Assembly (NCBI GenBank): GCA_012862495.1
Contig: BLSG01000377.1
Coordinates: forward strand, 1-44,793
Reading direction: 5' to 3'
Source: Thraustochytrium aureum
Lineage: Eukaryota
DNA length: 44,793 bases
Every line of letters starts with the position of its first letter. Position 1 is the stretch's first letter. The translations under genes were made by a program, and so were the position numbers. This document shows, one piece after another, positions 20,739-32,543 of the stretch. The notes under the pieces are model-generated. The model had not been told where the DNA came from, made no database searches, and saw only the letters and a program-made list of their open reading frames with translations.

Positions 20739-23158
20739 GAATGGTCGCGACGTAGTCTTGCGCAAGCGTCTGCCCTTCGAGGAGCGAGGCGCGCAGAGCA
20801 GCCTGTATCGGTTCAGGTGCAAGACGGCGCTGCCGCACAACGCAACAAACCAGGGATCTGAGCGAGCTCCTAGTGCCCCCAGGTTGTTGATGAGTGGCTC
20901 CTAAAGGTTTCAACGCCAGCGTGATTGCGCACGGGCGCAAGGGCGCCGGCAAGACGCACTCGCTGTTCGGGACGTGCCCGCTGAGCGCAAACGACGCGAA
21001 CGTCGATCTTTGCATGTCTTGGGCTCGCCAGCCTGGCCTCTCGCCCGTGCCGCCCTCGGCAGAGTCAAGCCAAAAGCTCGAGTCCGGCCACGCCCTGCTC
21101 TGGCAGGTTTTGCGGCGACTGTTCGCTGTGGCACTTGAGCGTGGGAGACCGAATGCACCGGCGCCAGAGAACGGCCTCAGTGTGTCACTGACATGCTGGG
21201 AAGTTGGCGCCGATGACTGTATGCTCGACCTTTTGGAGAGGTTTGCGCCACAAACGTCGCGTCTGTCAGCACCAAAAGCGGGCGGAAGAAAAGAGCGTGC
21301 GCAGCCTCTGATGATATCTGTGGCCGTCAACTCCATGGCGGAGGCGATCGAGGTGATTAACTGTGCCAGGAGCCGAAGCGCAAACTGGGACCGCGAAACG
21401 CTGTGCGCCCGCGCAGCGCGCGCGCACGCGTTTGTCAAGGTATCTGTCATGGACAAGGCCAAGCGCCGCGAGAGCGCGCTGCACTTTGTCGACCTTGCTG
21501 GGTCTACAGACGCCGCCGACAGGGGCGAGGAGCGTGGCCTTGAACCGCTCGGGCGCCAAGAGCGGCATGCGATCAGCCTGCAGCTCATGGGCGTTGCCCG
21601 TCTCGTCGAGGCCATCTCGGAGCTAGAAGTAGCACGCAAGGCAGTTGCGCGCCTGCCAGCGTCGCGGAGCTCGCGGCTCGTGCAAGAGCTTGCCCCGCTA
21701 CTCGGGCGGAACTGCAAGTGCTTTTTGTTGGCCGCGCTCTCAGGCGAGGCGCATCACTTTAGCACAAATCACGCCACCATGAAATTAGCAACGAATGTGG
21801 CGCTGATTAATTCAGCCTGCATGCGCGGCGTGCCAGGGGCAGGAAGCAACGCGAGTAGCCCGCCAGTTTCGTTTCAAGTCTTTCGATCCGGAGCGCTCAA
21901 GGGAGTCGGCCTTGCTCCGCCTCGCGCGGGAAAGGCGGTGGACGGTGCTGTCGCCGATTCGCGGGAAGCGCGGTCGGAGGAAGGGCCTCGCAAGAGGCAG
22001 AGCAGGGGGCTTGGCGCTCATGACGAGCGGTCTCCAGCTCAATGCGGCGGCCCCAAGGCCGAGTCCTTCAGTGAGCAAGTCGCCAAGCTGGAGCGAGAGC
22101 TTGACGAGGCCACTGCGGCGCTTCGGCGCGGCCCGCGCGCGCTCCCACGAAAGGAGCAAAGCAAGGAGCAGAGCAAGGAGTACATCGAAACGCAAGCCAC
22201 AAGGGGCACCCGACACAGTGCCGAGCCCACGTCTTGTCCTCCAGGAGCGGCGAGCGGTTCCTTGGAATCTCAGGCAAGCCTGTTGGAGCGTATAGCAGAG
22301 CTGCAAGCCGCGACGCGACGCGACTCGGAGGCCTTTGCTTCGGCTCGCGAAGCCTTAACGATGGAGAATGAAAAGCTGCAGGAATGGTGCAACTCGCACG
22401 GGGGGCAGACCGGCGCGGGAGCTATTTTGGGGGCGTTTGAGCGCGACCTCGCCGCGGCCCGGGCCGAGCGCGATGCGTGCGAGGACCTCCTCAGCAGTCT
22501 CGAGGTCAAGCTGTGCCGGCCGGAAGTAGACCTAGACCCCGTCAACTTTGCTCGGGACCGTCTGAGCGTTGTTAGGAAGGAGAATGATGCGCTGAGGACC
22601 GAGGTGCTGCAGCTACGAAGACGCAAGCAACAGCTTGCGTCAAGGTCGAGGCTCGAGCAAGCGGTAGAGCGCCAGCTCGACGCTGAGCGAGCGCGCAACC
22701 GGCGCGTTGTCGTCGACCTCGCACGCGAACGCGAGGCGGTGCAAAAGGTCGGGCCGGAACTCGACGAGCTCCGCCAGACCAAGGCCATGCTGGAAGCCGC
22801 GACGGCAAGCGTGCGGGAGGACCGGCAGGAGGCCTCGCGCGAGGTAACGGTCATGCGCAAGTACATTTCGAGCGTTGAAACGGACGAAGAGCGTCGAGCC
22901 GTAGTGCTGCAAGTAGAAGCTGCAGCCCCGGGCAACAAGCCGGCTCTGTTTCCCGTGGGACCTGGTGGTGGAGTGCCTGCGGTGCTTGCGCGGCTGCTCG
23001 AGCGAGTCGAGTCGCTCGCCGGCCGCCATGCGCCTTTCCTGCTTGGGCGCACCGCCAATGTTCGCGGCTTGGTGGAGAAACTCGTCTTGCAACGGCAGCT
23101 TGCCGAGTATCGCACAAGTCAACTCGAGCAGGGCATGAACGAGGCCGTCAGCGAATGA
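20739..23158 (+). CDS. Divergent kinesin motor protein with C-terminal coiled coil; 5' end in gap
   Basis: GFNASVIAHGRKGAGKTHSLFG, LHFVDLAGS, RSSRLVQELAPLLGRNC. Correcting three homopolymers at 20851-20906 gives NATNQDLSELLVPQVVDEWLLKGFN. Confidence 0.82.
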
Positions 23159-23458
23159 GGAACGCAGTGTGGGCCGCTTACCGGGGACATTGCTCCCGGT
23201 CTTGCGGCCCCCTGCGATTGCCCGCTTGGCCGTTCTGTAATTTATAAAAATCTTTCTGAAGCGGTGGAGTCTGTACGCTGCGAGCTGGCTTCGAAGCTTC
23301 ACGAAACATAAACCAGCAGGCGGCCAGAGCCGTCGGCAAACCCATAGCCGCTCGGGCCCAATGACATGGCACCGAGCACATCAGGCCCTTCCAAGATCTC
23401 GCGCCAGGCCCATTCAGGCCCCGGCCGCGCTGTTGAGCAAGTTAGGTAAGTGCTCTAC

Positions 23459-26048
23459 CTACCTCTCCGACTGAGCCAAAACGCTCGCAGTCTCACGAAT
23501 GCGCTCCTCCATGACTTTGAGAAAGTCGTCGATCCCCTCCATAGCCCCTCGGCCCCGTTCGAGTGGCCACGCGAGACCGCGATACCTCCCAGAGCCGCCG
23601 ACCCCGGCCGGCCGTTTGCGCCCCTTGCAGCCTCCCGCTGCGCCTTGCTCAGCTCGCGACCAGCTGGTGGTGTCCGGTTCAAGTCGTGGTCTCGGTGGAC
23701 CGACAGCTGCTTGGGGTCGGGTCCGGCGACACTCGCGTCTCGCTGGCAGGCCTCTAGCGCCCCTTGCTGGCCTTGCCCACCTTTCGCGGGCCCCGTCAAG
23801 TTGCATTGGACGCGGAGGTCGAGGTCATTGAGTCGGCGGTCAAGCGTCTGCAGAGCGAGCATGGTCCTGCGCTCCATCTGCTCCATTTGTGCGGGTATCG
23901 CGGACAAGGCCGATAGCGCGGATACGACGCGTGACACTTGATCTGCGAGATCACTGACCTCGCTCCGCCTCGAACCTTGGTCGACGGTGGCTGGAACGAG
24001 TCGCTTGTGGACGCAAGCGAGTGCTGATCTTCCTGCGACTCTGTATCGCCTAGTTGCGCTCCGTGTCCCTCGGCCGACCCGTCAGCGCAAACAGATGGAG
24101 CCGACGAGAGGGAGAGCTTCCTTGCGATGCCCTGCGACACGTGGCGACTCGCTGCATCGTAGGCTGGCGCTGGCTGCGCGTGTACGCCCCCGCCAAGCGA
24201 CGAAGCCACACTTACGGACCCGTCTTTGTCGTCCGAGTCGCTTTCGAGGGATACGGCGTCGTAGCTCTGCTGGTGCTGCTGGTGCTGGTGCTGCCGTAGT
24301 CGTTGATGCTGCTGGTGCTGCTGGTGATGCTGCTCGTGCTCCTTTGTTTTTGAGGATCCGCTTTCAGCGCCAGCTCCCCGCTTTGGTTTATGGCCACCAC
24401 GGCCATCGCTGGACAACGGGCTCGCCACACCTTGAGAAAAGGCGGTTGCCCGTTGACGGTGCTGGGCCAGAGGCGAGGCCAACTTGGCAAACCCTTGCCC
24501 AAGCTGCGTTTGGTGCAAGTGCACGAGCTGTGGCTGTACCTGCACTGGTGATAGGCGAGCAGTCTGGCTTTGCAGTTGTCGCGGCTGTTGCGATGCTTGC
24601 GTTTGCTGCTGCTGTCGGTGGTGGTACATCCCCCCACGCTTCGGCAACCCCACGGGTAGGCTTCCAGAGCTATTCGTTCGATGAAGGGCAGGACCGACAG
24701 GGCCCCGTACACCCCGAATCCGCGGCGATGCATGGGTCATGTTGAGATGCGCAGCGAGTCCCTCTTTCTTTTTGGCCCTGTCGAGAACTTGAGGCGGCGA
24801 CGAAACCCAGCACTCCATTGCCCGGTTGGCATTGACTGTGAGAAACTGTCCTCCGGGACCGTGAAACTCTGTGTCAGGAAAGGACGGCTGGACCACAAAG
24901 TGGGGTACCTGGCCAATCATTTCTGGTTTGGCGCGAACTGGAACTTGCCGAAACACGGCTGGTGCAGACGCTGCGGAGGTGATGGATACTGGAGAAACTG
25001 GGCCAGACGAGGTTGGGCTCCTACTCTCGTCTGGCACGGCAACGGCAGAGGCGGTGCCTGTTTGCAGAGTCAAGGCGCGCTTGGCGCGCCACTGGGGGGC
25101 CTTGGATGCCTTTGGCAAGCCGCCACTCTGGTGCATGTGTGGTGCGGGGGGGGCTGCTTCTGCCGGGGCTTTTGCAGCCTGCATGTTGCCGCTGCGCGCA
25201 TTCGGCGCGGCTATTGGGCCCACTACAGCGGCCGAAGTCAAACTGGTTCGAGCCACTGTGGGGCGGCAATTCGCGGAGGCTTGGCCGTTTTCTGCTGACA
25301 GTCGCGCCGTTGATCCCTTGGCGGTTGCGGTCGTTCCCGTCGACTCGCTCCCTCCGCCTGTCCGTGCCTTGCGTAGCCCCGTCATATACCCGTGTGGGTG
25401 TGCGCCTTCCAATCGCTTGCGCGGCAGCAACGGCGATCGAGGCAGCTCTAGCATGCGGCGTGGGGCTCGCGCTGGCCTTCGCAAGAGCTTTGCGCGAGGT
25501 CCGGTGAGGGCTCGTTTGGTGCGGCGAGAGCGCGACGCCAGGCGACGCCAAGGCGCTTTTTGGCGTCCCTGTGCAAGTAGGCGCAGCGGCAGCGGCAGCA
25601 GTAGTTGTGGCGGCGGCCGCGGCGGCAGCCTCTACTGCAGCCGTGGTGCGCTTCGCGGCTTCGCGCGAGTTTCGCTCCAGCTCCTCCGCCTTGCGCTTGC
25701 AGAGTTTGATCACGTCGCAGAGAAAGATGATTTTGCGCTCCACGTAACCAGGCGACAAGAACTGGTCGAGCGTCAGCGACGGCCTGTAGCTGAACTCGTT
25801 GCGGACCACGCGGAGCACGCCTTCGAGGAAGTGCCGGTCGTCGATCGCGTACAATTGGTAGCCCCGCTCTGAGAGGAACCGCGCCACCTCGATCGAGTCG
25901 TCCAGTAGGATACAGTGAAGCAGGGGCAGGAACCCAACCGGATTGCCCGATAAGAGCGCTTTGACGTCAATCTGGTCCTCGCTCACGCTCGTGCTGCGGA
26001 GCTCCGCACGAAGCTTTTCTTATGTTATTGTGCAGGTCTCCAGTCGCC
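23459..26048 (-). CDS. CEP44: Centrosomal protein CEP44 homolog, split by several frameshifts
   Basis: (M)ATGDLHNNIRKLRAELR..GNPVGFLPLLHCILL..YQLYAIDDRHFLEGV..PSLTLDQFLSPGYVERKIIFLCDVI matches the CEP44 domain. It is followed by a low-complexity middle (ORF 23796..25484), a coiled coil (MLALQTLDRRLNDLDLR) and C-terminal MEERIRETASVL. The ATG falls at the gap edge. Confidence 0.8.
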
Positions 26049-26995
26049 NNNNNNNNNNNNNNNNNNNNNNNNNNNNNNNNNNNNNNNNNNNNNNNNNNNN
26101 NNNNNNNNNNNNNNNNNNNNNNNNNNNNNNNNNNNNNNNNNNNNNNNNNNNNNNNNNNNNNNNNNNNNNNNNNNNNNNNNNNNNNNNNNNNNNNNNNNNN
26201 NNNNNNNNNNNNNNNNNNNNNNNNNNNNNNNNNNNNNNNNNNNNNNNNNNNNNNNNNNNNNNNNNNNNNNNNNNNNNNNNNNNNNNNNNNNNNNNNNNNN
26301 NNNNNNNNNNNNNNNNNNNNNNNNNNNNNNNNNNNNNNNNNNNNNNNNNNNNNNNNNNNNNNNNNNNNNNNNNNNNNNNNNNNNNNNNNNNNNNNNNNNN
26401 NNNNNNNNNNNNNNNNNNNNNNNNNNNNNNNNNNNNNNNNNNNNNNNNNNNNNNNNNNNNNNNNNNNNNNNNNNNNNNNNNNNNNNNNNNNNNNNNNNNN
26501 NNNNNNNNNNNNNNNNNNNNNNNNNNNNNNNNNNNNNNNNNNNNNNNNNNNNNNNNNNNNNNNNNNNNNNNNNNNNNNNNNNNNNNNNNNNNNNNNNNNN
26601 NNNNNNNNNNNNNNNNNNNNNNNNNNNNNNNNNNNNNNNNNNNNNNNNNNNNNNNNNNNNNNNNNNNNNNNNNNNNNNNNNNNNNNNNNNNNNNNNNNNN
26701 NNNNNNNNNNNNNNNNNNNNNNNNNNNNNNNNNNNNNNNNNNNNNNNNNNNNNNNNNNNNNNNNNNNNNNNNNNNNNNNNNNNNNNNNNNNNNNNNNNNN
26801 NNNNNNNNNNNNNNNNNNNNNNNNNNNNNNNNNNNNNNNNNNNNNNNNNNNNNNNNNNNNNNNNNNNNNNNNNNNNNNNNNNNNNNNNNNNNNNNNNNNN
26901 NNNNNNNNNNNNNNNNNNNNNNNNNNNNNNGCGGCCGCTGCGTCAACGTCGGGTCGATCTTCGTTGAGGTTGTGGCGCTCGAGACCGCTTCGCCA

Positions 26996-26996
26996 A

Positions 26997-27032
<36 letters not shown>

Positions 27033-27060
27033 AGGCTCGTGCCTGAGGCTCGTGCTCGTG
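26996..27060. repeat. (CCTG)n microsatellite followed by a 13-nt tandem duplication
   Basis: CCTG about 8 copies, then GCCTGAGGCTCGT twice. Confidence 0.85.
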
Positions 27061-28078
27061 CGACGGACGTCCAACGGCGCTTTCGCTGCGGCCGCGAGTG
27101 CTGGACGCCGTTGGCTGGCGGTGCGAGCGAGCGCCGCGATCAAATCAATGCCATGCAACCACGGGCAACGAGACCGGATTTGACTCGGGGAGTCTCTCAA
27201 GTCACGGGGTCTCCGAGTCAATGCGGGTTCGCGATTCAACCGGATGGCTGCGGCGACTCGAGTAGAGCTTGATCAGCAACGTCTTGCCAAGACAGTTCGC
27301 TGCGCTCGATGCGCTCGATGCGCCACGGCCTCCTCGTGCGCCCCGCGTTGCCCTGTGACGATCGACGCGAGATACAAACAACGGACGGACACATCCTGCA
27401 TGCCCGCAACTCGCGCCACGCGCTTGCCGTCAACCTGCGCTGCGCTCGCGGCCGCGAGAGCAAGTTGGCGCCAGGGAGACCAGCCTGGACAAACAACGTA
27501 AGTACTCGCGTGCTGGTCGAGCGAGCGAGTCAGTAGCGCGCACTGACACTGACCTGTGCTGCGCGTGTAAGTACTGACTTTGTGTGCTGCGGACCCTGTC
27601 GTGGAGCACGGACGCAGTCAGCGTTTGTCCCTCGCGGGGCGCGCCCAGGGTCCTTGCTCGAGCGCGCGCGGGCGAACGACACCGCCTGCGGCCTCCAGCA
27701 GCTGGTGCTNNNNNNNNNNNNNNNNNNNNNNNNNNNNNNNNNNNNNNNNNNNNNNNNNNNNNNNNNNNNNNNNNNNNNNNNNNNNNNNNNNNNNNNNNNN
27801 NNNNNNNNNNNNNNNNNNNNNNNNNNNNNNNNNNNNNNNNNNNNNNNNNNNNNNNNNNNNNNNNNNNNNNNNNNNNNNNNNNNNNNNNNNNNNNNNNNNN
27901 NNNNNNNNNNNNNNNNNNNNNNNNNNNNNNNNNNNNNNNNNNNNNNNNNNNNNNNNNNNNNNNNNNNNNNNNNNNNNNNNNNNNNNNNNNNNNNNNNNNN
28001 NNNNNNNNNNNNNNNNNNNNNNNNNNNNNNNNNNNNNNNNNNNNNNNNNNNNNNNNNNNNNNNNNNNNNNNNNNNNNN

Positions 28079-29215
28079 AGGCTCGCGCACGTGGGCTCGC
28101 CACCCCGTGCTGGTAGCGCCGTCGACAAGAGTAGAGTCGTTGACGGGTATGGACCCTTGCGAGCCCTCTGCGGCGCGAACGGCGGCGGCGTCGGCGCTGC
28201 TGCGAGGAGAAAGAGCAGCAGCGAAGCAACCTATGGGAAGGACCAAGACGGATCGGTACCGGGAGCGCGGAAAAGGCCAGCAGCGTTCCCCCCGGTTTTC
28301 CGGCGACGCGAGCGGTCGTTCAAAGAGCAGCGCGGGGGCGACATTCTCAACGGGCGGTACGCTGTCAAAGAAATGATCGGGCGCGGCCGCTTCGGCGTGG
28401 TACGACGCGGCTTGGACACCGTGAACGACGAGGCCCAGGTCGCGCTGAAATTTATGAGCAAAAAGTCAACGGACTCCAAGGTCCTGGCGCAAGAGCTGCA
28501 GGTCCTCGAGCGGCTGATGCAGCTCGGCGCAAACGACCCAGAGTACATGCGCCGGCTTACGGTCCCACTGGACGTCATCGAAGAGGATGACCAGTACGCG
28601 ATTGTCTTTGAGTATTTGTGGGGCGGCGACCTGTTCGACAGGATATTGTTGCGGGGCTACGTGGACGAGGCCGACTTGCGCCCCGTCATCTACCGACTGC
28701 TTGACTCGCTGGAGATGATGCACCGTGGCGGGATCATCCACCGGGACATCAAGCCGGAGAATGTGTTGTTCCGCGTGCGAGAGGGCCGTGGGTCGTCCTC
28801 CGAGCCGCCCCCGTGGTCTGCGCTGGAGCCAGTGGTGTGCGACTTTGGCCTCAGCTACCTGGACGGCAAGCCAGACTTTATCCAGGCTCCAGCAGGGACC
28901 TTCGGTTATGCGTCGCCGCAAATGCTCAACCTCGAGCGCAAGTTTAGCCAGGCTTGCGATGTTTGGAGTCTCGGCATCACCATGTACGCCGCGCTCGCGG
29001 GCGAGTTGCCCTTTCCAGCAACGACAGACGGCACGACCACGCTAGAGGGCCACTTGGCCGAGGCTTATCGGGGCCCGCGCTTTGGCGCTCCGCGTTGGGC
29101 CAACGTCTCCGCCGAGGCTCGCGACCTCATTTCGCAAATGGTGCACTACTCGCCGTACGACCGGATCGCCATGAGCTCTATTCGTCACCACCCTTGGTTT
29201 TCTGTGCGGCTCTAG
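28079..29215 (+). CDS. CAMK-group Ser/Thr protein kinase; 5' end in gap
   Basis: IGRGRFGVV, VALK, GGDLFDRI, HRDIKPEN, DFGL, GTFGYASPQ, DVWSLG, VSAEARDLI, HPWF. Confidence 0.9.
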   Translation, partial: RLAHVGSPPRAGSAVDKSRVVDGYGPLRALCGANGGGVGAAARRKSSSEATYGKDQDGSVPGARKRPAAFPPVFRRRERSFKEQRGGDILNGRYAVKEMIGRGRFGVVRRGLDTVNDEAQVALKFMSKKSTDSKVLAQELQVLERLMQLGANDPEYMRRLTVPLDVIEEDDQYAIVFEYLWGGDLFDRILLRGYVDEADLRPVIYRLLDSLEMMHRGGIIHRDIKPENVLFRVREGRGSSSEPPPWSALEPVVCDFGLSYLDGKPDFIQAPAGTFGYASPQMLNLERKFSQACDVWSLGITMYAALAGELPFPATTDGTTTLEGHLAEAYRGPRFGAPRWANVSAEARDLISQMVHYSPYDRIAMSSIRHHPWFSVRL

Positions 29216-29485
29216 CTAGCCTTGCTCCATCCTCGAGCTGCAGGGAATTCGGCTCCACTCCATCCATCTCGTCCTTGATAAAAATGTTGGGACGCGGGCA
29301 AGCCGCGTCGCCAGCAGTGCGAGGGATGGCGAGCGTTTTTTTGCAGGGCGAAAAGTGGACCTTTCGGCAAGGCGCGCACCTATTCGAGGGCGCAGCGGTC
29401 TTTTCGGCAGCGTTGCCCGGCAGCTGGCTCTTGCAACCGGCCCCGCGCATCAACAGGGACTTGCGGGGGCAGCCAGAGGGCTGCA

Positions 29486-29546
29486 GGAAAGCTGTACAGC
29501 GCCCGAGTGCGAGAGGGAAAGCTGTACAGCGCCCGAGTGCGAGAGC
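29486..29546. repeat. 30-bp tandem direct repeat
   Basis: GGAAAGCTGTACAGCGCCCGAGTGCGAGAG present twice. Confidence 0.85.
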
Positions 29547-29941
29547 CACAGCTGGAACGTGCATGGAGACCGCGCTGTGTCGCTGGGGCTTGAGCAATCA
29601 GCGGATGAAAACCTGTTACTCGTACATTGAGGTGTTCACCAATCAGCCTCAAAGGTGGCCTTGATTGCGCTTGCATGGCGCGAAGGGAAGCGCGTGGGCC
29701 ACTTGTTGGTTGATGGCAGGCTCGCGCAACAAACTGGTTTGGCGCACAAGTCAGAGTGCCGGCTTGGTGCCGGCACTTGCATCCAAAACCAGTTCACAGC
29801 GGCAAGCAAACAAACTTTTTAATTTAACCGGTTGGCGCTCGCTCGCAAGATGCCGCACAGCAGGCCCACGCGCATCAGGCGCGAACTGGAAAGCCAACTC
29901 GTTCGCCCTCGTCCAAGCTGTCCAATCCGACCAACAACGCG

Positions 29942-29992
29942 GCCTCTTCGTAGGTCCTCTTCGTAGGTCCTCTTCGTAGGTCCTCCTCGTAG
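29942..29992. repeat. 13-bp tandem repeat
   Basis: CCTCTTCGTAGGT about 3.5 copies. Confidence 0.85.
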
Positions 29993-30564
29993 CTGTAATT
30001 GTCTCCACGCCGGCCGTGTGTCCCGCCCGCACCCACCCGCCCACCGCGGCTTGCAGGCCAGAGATTCGAGCGCCTTCCTTCCATCCTTCCATCCATCCAT
30101 CCAATCCAGTGCCTGATGATGATACACACGGCGTCCAGTGGNNNNNNNNNNNNNNNNNNNNNNNNNNNNNNNNNNNNNNNNNNNNNNNNNNNNNNNNNNN
30201 NNNNNNNNNNNNNNNNNNNNNNNNNNNNNNNNNNNNNNNNNNNNNNNNNNNNNNNNNNNNNNNNNNNNNNNNNNNNNNNNNNNNNNNNNNNNNNCTGGAG
30301 TACTCTGTGCAAGTGGGCACCTCCTCCTCCCCAACATCATCGAGCCAGGTCACTGAAAACGAAAAAAGGCCTGCTGCAGGTCTCGCGCGTGGGCAAGAAT
30401 CCTTCGGAGCAGAGCCAGAACGCGTGAACGCCATCGGCAGGCTGCTCGCGCTGGACAGACTCGGAGCGGCTGGCTCGAGAGCTTCTGCCTGGGCGGCGAG
30501 GGTTGCTTGCGCTAGGGCGCCCGCGCTGCGCACGAGCCGCTGCCTCTCGGCAACTAGGCCAACC

Positions 30565-32163
30565 ATGGGGAACAACTTGCAAAAGGTGAGCAAGGCCCTG
30601 CGCGAGCCGTACGAGAAGAACGGGCAGGAGCACGTGTTCAAGTTTCTGGACAAAGGCATGCTGAGCGCCAAGGAGGAAGATGCCTTCGCCCGGCAGCTGC
30701 GCGACATCGACGTGGAGCGAGCGCTCGAACTGTTCGAGGGCTCGATGAAAAAGCCCGAGGAGACCGAGGAGAGCACAAAGATCACGCCGATCGACCGCAG
30801 CGAGGTGGCCTCGCTCCAAACGCTCATCGAAAACCGCGCCGTGTGGAGCGAAACTGCGTTCGAGGCCATGTCGCGCGGAGAAGTCGCCTTCATCGTGCTG
30901 AGCGGCGGCCAAGGCACCCGGCTTGGCTTCAGCCGCGCCAAGGGCATGTACGACATCGAGCTGCCCTCGCACAAGACGCTCTTCCAGCTGCAAGCCCAGC
31001 GCCTCGTCAAGCTGCACGAGATCGTCAAGGCGAAATTCCCGGAAGCGGCGGCGAAGGGGACCGTCCGCATCCCCTGGTACATCATGACCAGTCCCCTGAA
31101 CGACGAGGACACGCGCGGGTTCTTCAAGGAGCACGCCTTCTTCGGGATGCGCAAGGAGGACGTCGTCTTCTTCCCCCAGGGCACGCTGCCCTGCATGACG
31201 CCAGAGGGCAAGTTTATCCTCGAGAGCAAATCCCAAGTCGCCTTTGCGCCGGACGGCAACGGCGGGATCTACCGGTCCATGATGACCGAGGGCGTGATCG
31301 CCGACATGGAGAAGCGCGGCGTCGAGCACCTGCACGTCACCTCGGTGGACAACGCCCTTGTCAACGTGGCCGACCCCGCCTTTGTGGGCTACTGCATCGA
31401 GCACGACGCTCAAGTTGGCAACAAGGGATGCCCCAAGGTCTCGTGGGACGAAAAGGTCGGCGTCATGGCCAAAAAGGGCGGCAAGTTCAGCATCGTCGAG
31501 TACAGCGAGCTCGACGAGGCCACGGCCAAGCTCACTTCCGAGTCGGGCGAGCTGCTGCTCAGCACAGGCAACATTTGCAACCACTACTTTACGCTGTCGT
31601 TCTTGCGCGACCGGGCGATCCCTGCGCTGATGCAATGCTACCACGTGGCGCACAAGAAGATCCCGTGCGCCGACCAGGAGACTGGGGAGACGGTCAAGCC
31701 CAGCGCCAACAACGGCATCAAGCTCGAGATGTTTATTTTCGACGTCTTCCCGCTCGCGGAGCGCATGGGGATCATCGAGTGCGATCGTGCTGAGGAGTTT
31801 GCGCCCGTGAAGAACGCGCCTGGAGAGGCCAGCGACTCGCCCGACTCGGCGCGCGCGATGATCTTTGCGCTCCACAAGAGCTGGCTCGAGAGTGCGGGCG
31901 TCAAGGTGAGCGCGCCTGGGAGCGGCGATGCCGGGGCTCAGGTGGCTTGCGAGGTCACCCCTCTGGTTTCGATGAGTGGCGAGGGGCTCGATGCGTTTGC
32001 CGAGGCTGTGCCGGAGGTACAAGCGCCCTGCCTTGTCTGCATGAAGCTCGAGGCGGATTCCACCGAGTGCACGCGCGAGCTCGTCTCCGCGGACGGGGCC
32101 CCCCTCAAGGTTTACCACTTTGTAAACAAGGAAGGAGTCAATGTCTACGAGATCGCTGCCTGA
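30565..32163 (+). CDS. UAP1: UDP-N-acetylglucosamine pyrophosphorylase
   Basis: LSGGQGTRLG, KTLFQLQA, IPWYIMTS, FFPQG, PDGNGG, SVDN, IVEYSE, GNICNH, KLEMFIFDVF, EFAPVKN. ATG at 30565. Confidence 0.93.
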   Translation: MGNNLQKVSKALREPYEKNGQEHVFKFLDKGMLSAKEEDAFARQLRDIDVERALELFEGSMKKPEETEESTKITPIDRSEVASLQTLIENRAVWSETAFEAMSRGEVAFIVLSGGQGTRLGFSRAKGMYDIELPSHKTLFQLQAQRLVKLHEIVKAKFPEAAAKGTVRIPWYIMTSPLNDEDTRGFFKEHAFFGMRKEDVVFFPQGTLPCMTPEGKFILESKSQVAFAPDGNGGIYRSMMTEGVIADMEKRGVEHLHVTSVDNALVNVADPAFVGYCIEHDAQVGNKGCPKVSWDEKVGVMAKKGGKFSIVEYSELDEATAKLTSESGELLLSTGNICNHYFTLSFLRDRAIPALMQCYHVAHKKIPCADQETGETVKPSANNGIKLEMFIFDVFPLAERMGIIECDRAEEFAPVKNAPGEASDSPDSARAMIFALHKSWLESAGVKVSAPGSGDAGAQVACEVTPLVSMSGEGLDAFAEAVPEVQAPCLVCMKLEADSTECTRELVSADGAPLKVYHFVNKEGVNVYEIAA

Positions 32164-32543
32164 GGCTCGCGAGAGCTCGCTGCTTTGCGCCTCTCGCGAC
32201 CGGGAGCCTCGGGGACAAGCCAACAAGCTCTTGGTCAAGATCAAAGAAAGAAATGAAAAAAAAGTAAATTTTGACAAGGCTATGCGAGGTTGTTTGCAGA
32301 ATAGGCGAAACGAGTGACGGGTTTGTAGCACATCGATAGCTCTCCGACGCCTCGACTGTTTGCGCGCGCCCGTTCTGCATTTGAGGCGGGTGTTTCCCCG
32401 AAGCCTCAAAGTGCGGCAGCCAGACCTGTTGCCCTCCTCCCTCCCTTCCGACACACGAATCGAACGAACATCAAAAGCAGTGCTGCACAACAAACCGACA
32501 AGCGGGCACAGCGCGGGAACGCCAACGCGACGCAAGACACTCG

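Noticed and set aside
19150..21717. 855-aa minus ORF and other long ORFs spanning N runs
   Set aside because: Their length comes from N gaps and from stop-poor GC-rich antisense frames of real genes.
28900..28925. Kinase APE motif reads SPQ, suggesting a pseudokinase
   Set aside because: VALK, HRD and DFG are all intact, so one substitution is not enough evidence.
30337..32543. C-terminal 750 aa of the 1047-aa minus ORF
   Set aside because: It is the antisense shadow of UAP1, reached through a frameshift; the real PH-SAM gene stops at 32544.
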